A DNA stretch of 64,000 nt from Octopus vulgaris (Eukaryota), in NCBI GenBank assembly GCA_951406725.2, contig OX597816.1, positions 54,126,001-54,190,000 on the forward strand, given 5' to 3'. Shown here in pieces: positions 1 to 11,700 of this stretch. Numbering within the stretch: position 1 is the first letter of the stretch; each line of letters starts with the position of its first letter. The notes under the pieces were generated by a model. That model was not told where the DNA came from. It saw only the letters and a list, made by a program, of their open reading frames with translations, and did not search any database. Made by a program: the position numbers and the translations under genes.

Positions 1-83
1 AGGTCGATGTAATCGACTTCATCCGTTTGTCTGTCCTTGTTTGTCCGCTCTGTGTTTAGCCCCTTGTGGGTAGTAAAGAAATA
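1..83 (+). mobile_element. 3' tail of SINE family A (cut by the window edge)
   Basis: GGTCGATGTAATCGAC...TTAGCCCCTTGTGGGTAGTAAAGAAATA matches the reverse complement of the complete copies at 3351-3584 and 29881-30112. Confidence 0.85.
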
Positions 84-284
84 TATATATATATATTTGA
101 TTAATTTCATGCCTCAAGGACACACACACACACACACACAGCCACACACACACACCACACATAAGTGAGCTTGGAAGAATATATATAAGACCCTTGCTAC
201 GACGAAAATGTTTTTAGACTTGTGTTTTCATATGATGTAGCTCTTGTAGCTAATTCTTTCCTTCCCATATAAAGGAAATAAAAT

Positions 285-1030
285 CAATTCCATCGCTTCT
301 TTTGATGATGAAATAGTAGATATGATCGCCAAGGCTTGTGATGTCTTTGGAAAGCAGCGAGTAAAAGTCTACAATGCGAGAGGATTGAGTTTAGAAAGCA
401 TAATCTTAGTTTACTGTAAAGTTGTAATCTCAACATTGCTGAATGGGTCTGAATCGTGTATACCAAATAGAAAACCTATCAAACAGCTAAATACTTTCCC
501 AAAATGATGTCTTAGAAATATTTGTGGTTTCACTGGGAAAGACAAAATGTCTGATGAACAGCTGTTTCATAAACGTGACATGCAAAGCAAAACAGCGTTC
601 TTGATGCTGTCTCAGTTAAGATGGGCTGGCCATGTTGCTTGGATGAATGATGGAAGGCTACCGAAAATTCTCACTTATGGCCATCTTCAAACGGGAGTAC
701 GAAATATAAGGAAGACCCCTTCTTAGATACAAGAATAAGCTGAAGAGGAATATACGAAGCATATTGGAATTGAAGCACAAGAATTTGAGAAATGTGCTGT
801 TGGACGTAACGGATGGAGGAAGATCTCTCAAAGTGGCATCATGAGCCATTTCGATAGAAGGGTTGAGCGCGTAACTCAAAAGAATGCAGTTCTGTGTGCA
901 AAGGATGCCGTCTGGTTTGCAAAGAACAAGCAGGTTTAGTGTCTCACAGAAGACACAAAAGCCAAAATCTGGAGTAAAAATGAAAGTCAAATTCTTTGAC
1001 TTTTGTGCGTCGAATACAACGAGAGACAGA
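285..1030 (+). mobile_element. Degenerate RTE-clade LINE, 3' part of the ORF
   Basis: Reading through stops gives IAKA..FG..R..V...VISTLLNGSES...CLRNICGFHWEDK...QLRWAGHVAWMNDGRLPKILTYG...PLLRYKNKLK, the typical post-RT region of RTE elements. Confidence 0.8.
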
Positions 1031-1033
1031 CGG

Positions 1034-1036
<3 letters not shown>

Positions 1037-1118
<82 letters not shown>

Positions 1119-1206
1119 GGGAGAGAGAGAGAGAAAGAGAGATAGAGAGCAAGAGAGAAACGAAAGAGTGTTCATCATGTATGTATATGTATGTATGTGT
1201 GTATAT

Positions 1207-1245
<39 letters not shown>
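1037..1245. repeat. (GA)n and (CA)n microsatellites
   Basis: Directly visible; they generate the ERER/SLSL/HTHT ORFs. Confidence 0.95.
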
Positions 1246-1248
<3 letters not shown>

Positions 1249-1284
1249 TATATATGTATGTGTATCTATGTATACATATATTTA

Positions 1285-2684
<1,400 letters not shown>

Positions 2685-2849
2685 CAAAGTAAGCACATAA
2701 ATGTGAAATAAGGCGGGTAAAAATAGTACTGGAACACCTGAGGTAAAGTAATATGGTTATTATTATTAAAGCCGCAAGAACATCAGAAAAATATGATGTA
2801 TTATTTTTGTGATGTTTTGCAGCTTCAATAATAATAAGGTATATATATA

Positions 2850-3065
2850 TAGTTAATCGAAACATGAAAACAAAAAAAAAAACACAACAACGCGAGGTCG
2901 TGGAACAAATATAGTATTATTGGACGCTCAGGAAAGAAGGAAAGAAGGAGGGTTTAACGTTTCGAGCGGAGCTCTTCGTTGGAAACATAGGAGAAGGAAA
3001 GATCCAGAGAAGGGAAGACAGAGGAAAAAAATCGCCAACGGTACACACGCAGTCACATTTTGAAT
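2850..3065 (-). mobile_element. Penelope-like terminal repeat fragment with a degenerate minimal hammerhead motif
   Basis: Minus strand 2986-2952 reads GTTT-CCAACGA-A-GAGC TCC GCTC-GAAACGTT-AAAC, a type I hammerhead layout known from Penelope pLTRs. The core has two substitutions. Confidence 0.5.
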
Positions 3066-3350
3066 GCATTTTGAATATATATATATATATATATGCATAT
3101 ATACATATACTAAATTCTATACTTATTGGTTTGACTTGCAGGAAGGGGCTTTAGTGTTCGCAGCCCTCACGGGACTGGTGAGATCGATTTGCTTAACATT
3201 GTTGTTGAACAATTTGCAAGTTGATGGTTGCAGCAAAATCAAGTGCTCTTTCAGAGTATATTTTTTCTGGAAGGTAAGGGTTGGCTGTAATGGAAGGGTA
3301 TGAATGGAAGAAAGAGTCAGTCGGAAGCACCATAGGAGCGAATTCATACC

Positions 3351-3584
3351 TATTTCTTTACTACCCACAAGGGGCTAAACACAGAGAGGACAAACAAGGA
3401 CAGACAAACGGATTAAGTCGATTATATCGACTCCAGTGCGTAACTGGTACTTATTTAATCGACTCTGAAAGGATGAAAGGCGAAGTCGACCTCGGTGGAA
3501 TATGAACTCAGAACGTAACGGTAGACGAAATACCGCTCAGGATTTCGCCCGGCGTGCTAACGTTTCTGCCAGCTCGCCGCCTTC
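3351..3584 (-). mobile_element. Full-length SINE family A with 17-bp TSD
   Basis: TSD AGGAGCGAATTCAT(A/G)CC at 3334-3350 and 3585-3601. tRNA-like head AGGCGGCGAGCTGGCAGAAACGTTAGC...GAGTTCA; central TTTCATCCTTTC..GTCGAT..AAGTACCAG block shared with other copies. Confidence 0.9.
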
Positions 3585-4451
3585 AGGAGCGAATTCATGC
3601 CATTAAGCGGAGGAGCAGTTTTTTTCGGATGTTGTTCAGGCTTTACTTGTTTACTGTTCATGTTGACGATGGAAAGGAGGAAGAGGTTTGGGTGGGGAGG
3701 TACGGTACTATTTTCGTGATATGTACTATGATTATATCTTTTGACACTGTTGAAAGCGCTGTTGTTGGCATGCAGCAGCAGGGTAAGTGATTTTCTTTAA
3801 GTGTTGGGAACCTTGTGCTTTAGATAAACTCTTGCAATGCAGCTATGAGTGAACCGCTTGGAGATTATGCATTTGTGTGTGTGTGTGTGTGTGTGTGTGT
3901 GATTTTAAGTGTGGAGAGGCATGGCTTCAGTCAGAGTTCCATCTGTTTCTGATGAGTGAAGGGGGATTGTTTGCATAGAAATTACGGATCTCGGAGTAAT
4001 CAGCTGACTCGAAGGGTCATAAGGGCCATGCGGAGCAAGGGTAGAAGGCATTATATGAGGATGTGTGGAGGGAGAGTAAGGCAAAAATCGAGCGACGTGA
4101 TCGGAGCAGAGACAGTGAGGGTTTGGTAGATGTTAGCTTTGGAAGTGAGAGAAAGAGAGAAAGAGAGAAAGAGAGAGAGGGATGAAGAAAAGAGAGAGAG
4201 GAGGGAGAGAGAGAGAGAGAGATATGTAAAAGTTACTGGAACATTTGCATGTCGTTCAGAGAGATGTAGAGAAAATGGCGTAATTTACAGTAGAGTGCTG
4301 AGGATTGTAAAGGATGTGGCTTCTGGTGAGATGTGGAGTGGGAGTGTGTGTAAGAGAAGACGAGATGTGAGTATAGGCCAATGTAAGAAGGGACATAACT
4401 TTGTTGTTAGCGGTTGGAGGATAAGGGAGGAGTGAGATGTCGTTCTTGGAA

Positions 4452-4595
4452 TTGATATTCAGATGAAAAAGGTGAGTTGTAACCGGGTGGAATCTGTATT
4501 GATATCCAGGTAAGAAAGGTAAGCTGTAGTCGGGTGGAATCTGTATTGATATCCAGGTGAGAGAGGTAAGCTGTAGCCGGGTGGAATCTGTATTG
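4452..4595. repeat. 47-bp minisatellite, about 3 units
   Basis: GGGTGGAATCTGTATTG recurs at 4485, 4532 and 4579 (period 47). Confidence 0.9.
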
Positions 4596-6018
4596 GCACA
4601 AATTATAGGAGTTGAATGATTTGTGTCTTGGATGAGGAAGAGGTCGAGCGGGATTGTATGTTGATAAGAAATGTGTGGAGTTCCTGGGTGTTTTCGTCCC
4701 TATGAAGTGTAGGGAATGTTAGTGTACCGTATAGCCATGGTAGCACCAGCAAGGAACCTAATTAAAATGTTTCTAACAAAGCAAATTCTGATAAAATTAC
4801 GTAAAGACATGGAAATGGCGTTAAATTGTGTACCTTTGTGTACATACCACATCAAAACTCTTAATTAATCCCAATTTCGTGTAATTTAATTTGTTATTTC
4901 TGTTAGCATTGATTTTCTCTGGAGTTGTTCCAAGACAGATTATCGAATATATTCCTTGTTATTTTTTGTTTTCTTTCAACAGAAACAAAAACAATAAAAA
5001 GGTTTCAGACTGTGAAATTATTTCAGTGTCTGAATGAATGTAAATCGATAAGATCGTGCCACTATTTATCAATATTAGTATAGTATCACCGATCCAATGA
5101 GTTAGAGAATATTGTTTCACCCATTCGCTGTTTACGAGACGAAGTTGTCGCTAGATTTTTGTTATTTGAAAAGATCTCAAAAAATATCCATTTTGTCGTA
5201 AATAATCGTTTCTGTCAGTCTTTGATGTTTCTTTTGATCTAATTTTCTCTAATCTTTGCACTCAATATCACACCACACGATAAAGTTTCTCTCTCACTTT
5301 TCAATTGTTTCTAGATTAATTCCTCCACAAAATAGTTTATATTCCTTCCCACCCTTGTTATGTTCTTGCTATTCATCAACACCTCAATAATGGGATCAGT
5401 AAAGAATGCAACACAAGCCGAAAGCAAATATTAACAACAACAACAAACATATTGGTTTTACTGATCCATTTTTTTATATTGATTATTATCAATATTACAC
5501 ACACATATATATATATAATCGATGTATTTCACTTATCGATTACGTTCGATGTATTGTTGTTTCTTAGCTCTACGCCTCTCTGACAGAGCAGACCTATGAC
5601 TAAAGGTATTCCATCTGTGATATGCCATCTGTGGCCATCCCACCCGTTTTTTTTATTAATACAATGAACAAAGGACCACCAATATCCAAAGGGTCTCTCA
5701 TTCATGAACACGACAGGGTGTGATGTAAGCCGTTTTCAGCAGACAGAATGACTGTGCAGAAGTTCTCTCATTGCCTGGTATTTATTGATTATATTGATTA
5801 TATTGGCGATTTATTGATTGGTTATGACGTCATTAAATATAAGAGAATCACGTGATTTTATTTCTGTCTGTCTCGTGTCGTGGTGTTGTATATCGCTTAG
5901 TCCTTGCAAGTATTTTGGAATAGCTAGCTGGCCCCTCACTCAAAACCTCTGTTCTAGAAGAACAATCAATGTGATTGGTCTTTCCCGACAGCGTCCCCTT
6001 TCACAAAGCGATATCGAA

Positions 6019-6052
<34 letters not shown>

Positions 6053-6071
6053 ACGCACACACGCACACGCA

Positions 6072-6102
<31 letters not shown>

Positions 6103-9100
6103 TGCTGGATTGTTACTATTATCGATGGAAGAAAAAATGAGAGGCAAAGTTGACTTTGGTGCGATTACAGCCCAGACCGCTGAAATACACATTGAAAGCT
6201 ATTCTATACGATCGTGACCGACTCTGCAAATTCAGTAACAAACCCATCGCATATATTAACTTGAATAATATATTAATCTGACAGATGAAGGGTGACTAGG
6301 TTCGTGCCCAGTGCTGGCCATGTGTTGTGCATCTGGTTATAACAATACTCAGTAACTGACTCCACCACCTCCAACCAGTTAAAACACTATTTAATCAACA
6401 TCAAACCATTATATTTTATATTTAATGAATTTGAAATATTGAAATGACAAGGTTGTCTCCCTTAGAAGTACTCTTTTTTAATATAATGGATTAAAAAGGT
6501 CTTGTTACTACACTTAGAATGTAGGCGTTAAAATTGAGAAGAGTTGTTAATGAAACCAGCAAAATCTTGTGTTGACTGTTCAAACCCGACTGAGGTTATC
6601 TTTGCCTTTCATATATCCGAGGTCGACAAATAAAGGGTGATGGAGAGGCGGAATTATTAGGGTATCCGACTGAATACCTTGTTTATTTTGGCACTTTGCG
6701 TTCTGAGTTCAAATCCGGCTGTAGCATACTTGTGAATTTAACACCACTGCTTGCTCCTTGGTCACTTTCAGTGGAACCAACTCTTTTCCATGCACTGGAG
6801 CCAGACGTCTGGTTTGAGGATGATTTTCTCCTTCATTTTCGGAGGCCCTCTAAACGGTCATGGGTTCTGTCCCTCACTCCTGGCAAAACGATAAAACTTT
6901 GTTATTTGTTTTACATACAGCCAGCTTCCCTAGGAATTTTTTTAAAGATGTTATCAGCTTACCTTGTTAAAGTCTACCTGTCCAGGTGGACTTAATTGCT
7001 CTCCAGCACTATTATTTCTGATCTATAGGTAGAATCTCTTAGTTCTATTCGTCTTTATTATAAAATAGGGTTGGTATGTGTGCGACGAACAAATTAGTAT
7101 CATTTGCCTTTAATTTACTGTTGTGTCGCTTGAAACAATTTATATTGCATGATATTAAAATTTCATTATTGTCTGGAATTTAAATAACTAATTAATTTAA
7201 TACTTCGTGTTTTCTTTTTTGTAAACTGATTAAATCAATAACCAATTCATTTTGAAAACATATTTCTTTTCTTTAGCAACTTTTATACCAGCTTCAACAA
7301 TCGATTACTGTCAAAGGTACTACATTGCGTAAATGTAGGGTGAGATATATTGTAGGTAAGTGCGTATGTGAGTGTGTGAGTATAGGAGTGAAGTATATCA
7401 TGTGTGTGCGTGTGAAAGTGTTTGCGTGAAATGAATAGGTGTGTATGGTAAATACATTACGCTTGAATGTGGAAAGCACATTACGTGTGTGTGTAGGTGT
7501 GTGTGTGTGTGTGAGTGTGTATGTGGTAAGTATGGGGCCGACCTGTGTGTTACAAATGATGCCAATAAAAACTCATGTCAAAATTCTTCTCTTTCTGTGT
7601 TATTTATTGATAAATTGTCACGTGATTAGGAATCGAACCTGATTGAATTTATTATTCATTCTCTCCTCACTTATGATTGTGTGGTCACTTTCTCACCAGA
7701 GGATCGCACGTTCTATTTCATGGCGTCACAATATGGTCAAAGTCTTCTACGGCATCCACGGACCAATTAAAGCTCTCTCAGCGAAATGGGATAAATAGAA
7801 CCCTGTCCCCAAGCGGATTTAGGCTTAACACGGTCATCTAGTCTTTGGAGGTCTTTAATGGAATCCCCTACTATGTTGAAAACCTTCAGCTCATGTTTGT
7901 GGTTTGAGAATAACTTCTCACCCTTTCGCTATCAGACTTGGGTTCCCTTTAAACAGTCTTCGTTTCTGCTTTTTTACCTCTTACTGAAATTACATCTTAA
8001 TGTCTGTTGAAACTACTGCACTTACCCGTTCACGTTTAAAGGATCCAGTTTAATAAATGAAACTTATAGAAGACATTAACCGTCATCAATGTAGGTCATC
8101 ATGTGACAAGAAAAGTTTTTGTTTTCTTGTCTTAGGTTTTGATTTGCACCTGTGATATACGCATGTATTGACTGTCATCTATTAATTATAAAACTCTTCC
8201 ATTATATAAGTCATTGATGTCATTTGATCTAACTCTTCCTCTGTCATCGCTTGTTTAACAGATGGCAGATATTCATGTTTATTCACCGTTGGAAGTCCAC
8301 CAGCAACAGTAGAAGACGTGACGAGTACATTTTAATTACGCCTTATTTGCTAATGACCACTGGTGAAGTCTAATGACAACACAGCTGTGTTATGTTGTTC
8401 ACAGGCTTTCTTATATCCTCTGCAACGAGATCGTGTCTTAAAAACTTACCTCTGTTTTTGTGTTTATGAGTGAAAACAGGATTCACTTAAAGTGCCAGAG
8501 ATTCATTCTTCAGTTACCGAATGACACTTTATGTATAATTGTAATCAAATGGTTTAACTCATCAACAAACTTTCTTTTCAGATTATATTCAGCGGCACAC
8601 TTAACTGAATTCGAATTTTGTTTTTAATTTTACTTGATGGTACTAATAATATCTATGAAGGCCGGTTGCTGCTTAAAACGATAGTTCAGAAGAACAAGAT
8701 TCATCTGATTCACTTTTACTTGAATTTTCGTTTTAGTTGAGAAGGGACATGAATGTCTTCAACATATTTCATCGGCGATGTGGGCTTTTTTCACTCCACT
8801 TGGTATTGTCACGGAAATATCACATAGTCGAAAAGAACTGTTTTTAAATATTTCTTGAATTACTTTCCAGACATTTTAACATATTAAGAAGTTTTACTTT
8901 CGAAAAACTAGCCTACAGGTTGACATCTTAAGACTATACGACTGTCTTCATTATAATTTGGACCCTTGTCGATTGAACTCCTCCGTATTTCAGAGTTTAT
9001 GTAATTACTGGCTTTGTTTCTGTAAGGAACTACATACACAGATGCAACATGTGTATCTCTAAACCAGAAATATGAACCAGTTTCTAGTTCCCGTCACAGA

Positions 9101-9867
9101 CGAGCACTTCTCTCGAGCTACTTCCAACAGACTGATACGGAAAATGGAGGAATTAAACCCTGTTCGGACGATTGCTAATTTCGACTGCCTTACCTTCCTT
9201 AGAATCTAGCGGCACTTTTACATTGGCTTACATCAGAAGTCCGAAATGATTTTCATCTCCTGACTGGTTTGTCGTAAGGGAGCCAAGCTTACCAATGACC
9301 AATAAGCATACCTTACGTATGATGACCTGTGAAAGTGTACTATTGCGACTACTGGTGACATAAACAACGAGAGAGTACTGCAGGGAGAACTGGTGACATA
9401 TATGAAAGAGCACTGCAATGATGCACACACACACACACACACACTCAGATTGGGTCTATGTGAAGGCTACTCAACAGATTGACCGTATTAACCATCAACA
9501 CAGTACAATCACTATCAAAGAGATGTGCTCTTTCCCTGTCCATCAACTTCTAACGCTTTTGGTTGCTATAATGGTTGCTTTTCCAATGGAGTAGCCAGTA
9601 CTGCTCAACTCTTTCTATTTTCTATCATTTTCCATAATAAAAAGACTATCCAGAATATTGAAAGAAGATTTGCAACATTGCTTCCCACCCTCGTTTAAGC
9701 TGACACTAAACTCCATCCATTAACCTATACACATTTCATAGCGATTTGACATACACCCAAAATATATCAGCGTGAAATATGTGCGAAATTATTCACTGTG
9801 AAATAAGTGTACACTTGTAACTCACAAATGAATTCTGACTGGAGAAGAAAATTGTCTTTATAAAATA

Positions 9868-10151
9868 CTAGCAGTATCGCCCGGCGTTGCTCGGGTTTGT
9901 AAAAGAAAAGCATTTTTAGAGAGTTACTTCCCTTATATAAACCGAGCTAAAAATGCGAAAAAAATGATGGTAAATTTTTTAAAAATCGTAGACTCATCGT
10001 AGACGCGCGCTAATACCCAGAAGGGCTCGACATGAATCACGACTATAAGGTACCCGCTTTTGGTTAAACTACACCGCAAAATGTGGGAGTAGTTAGGAAT
10101 CTAAATCGGAGGAGACGGACTCTCACACAACTTCAGTTTTATATATAAAGA
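9868..10151 (-). mobile_element. Non-autonomous Helitron (~284 bp)
   Basis: Minus strand starts TCTTTATATAT and ends CCCGAGCAACGCCGGG (GC hairpin) CGATACTG-CTAG. It sits between host A and T with no TSD, which are the canonical Helitron termini. Confidence 0.85.
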
Positions 10152-10471
10152 TATCGATCTACGCAGAAATATTTTATAATGAGTTGACACACATAAAACA
10201 CTAAACTCGACAGCCCCCTCGCTTTTACGGCACACAGATTCTGAAACTCAAATCTTTGGGAAATTCCAACGGTGAAATATGTCTTATCGTTCTATTCTGA
10301 TTTATGTCTCATCATCACTTTGCTAATTCTACTTCTGCTCCACCATCTTCAATATGGTGGCCATAACATTAGTATTGGAACCTAAAAGAATTTGCTTACG
10401 AACAATTCTACATTTGTAGAGAAACTCGGAACATGAGCAATGTGATTTGGTCTGATGGCTACTTAATGTTA

Positions 10472-10564
10472 TTTGATCTTGTGACTGCCATTGGGGATTT
10501 AGTTTGATCTTAAGACTGCCACATGTAATACAGTTTGGTCTTAAGACTGCTACGAGTAGTTATA
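10472..10564. repeat. 31-bp degenerate tandem repeat, 3 units
   Basis: TTTG(A/G)TCTT..GACTGC at 10472, 10503 and 10534. Confidence 0.8.
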
Positions 10565-11700
10565 ATTGAGTTATTGTGGAGAAACGAAATTTCACGTGAC
10601 ATATAAGGGATGGCATGTAAAACTTTGCAGAGAAGGAAGGACACTTTGGATAATGTGGTGCTGGATAAACCAGGTTTGAATAAAAGACGGGATGGTGACG
10701 TCTTTTAACCAGATGTTATCTAGATCGAGCATCATCTGACCAATAAAGACCATCACCACCATCAACTGCAACTATCATGGTGAGGATACGGCTGCAAAAT
10801 ATTGTCAAGGGGACTTGTGAGAGAGCAGTAGCAGCCGGATTTATTGACAGAGGACCGACAGAGCCTTAAGGGAAAAACCGGAAATCATTTTTAGTGGAGC
10901 ACCAACTTTGAGAGGACTTAAAAAATATTTGGTACCATAAAGTATTTAGTATTCAGTTGTTGAATAAATATAAAACACAATCTCATCTTTTGGAAGTAGA
11001 GGAAAAATGCCCAAAGAAAACCACCATATTATTTATTACAGGGTTTTAGGGATTAAAACCCATTTTTGTCTCTCAACGGTTGCACATGGTGACAAACAAA
11101 TGAAAGAAAAAAAATTCCACAAAAATGTGTAATTTTAAATGATTTAAATAAATTATGACTTTTTACAAGGCGTAGAGCCGGAGGATTTTAGGGAAGGGAA
11201 GCGGGAAAAAATGTGACGTTCAGGCCTTTCCCAAGGACATTAGCGACGTAAATGAAATGATTTCAACTGGGAATCCAAACCAAGGCACAGGCTTGATTCA
11301 CTGGTAACTTACTTCGATTCTACGTCGCTCGCCAAGTTAAAAAGGAAAATAAAAAGACTGTAAAATATGTCAAAATACGAACAATTGTTCATACGTTAAA
11401 GAATGAAATATACTCTTTTGGATTTCCTTTCACCTTCGTTTCCTCATGGAATTTAATAGACCATTGTTATTATTATTATTATTATTATTAGAAGAGACAT
11501 TGGCGTTAATTGATTTTGATCAAGGAAAATTTGTTTGAAAGAGAGAGTGAATTTCTGTTTCTAAGAAAATACGGAAATGAAAGTCGTAATGAGATCAAAT
11601 GGTGACTTAAGGATTTAATGAGAATGTAATTTTCAAGTTACGAGATTTTTTCATTTCTATTTTTTCATTATAGACTGCTTTATATTTAACAATAACTAAA

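Larger units (their letters stand above)
3120..4720 (-). mobile_element. Possible highly degraded APE-type LINE, interrupted by a SINE and microsatellites
   Basis: Minus-strand fragments ELHTFLINI / LDLFLIQDT resemble the APE N-terminal D...QET motif, and TSLDFCLT resembles the C-terminal D motif. No intact frame. Confidence 0.3.

Noticed and set aside
7650-9230. Possible old Penelope RT on the minus strand (YVEDI-like)
   Set aside because: Only one weak motif; no ordered motif series could be recovered by eye.
10472-10564. CRISPR-like repeat-spacer appearance
   Set aside because: Eukaryotic context, only 3 units, ~10-bp spacers and no cas genes; kept only as a minisatellite.
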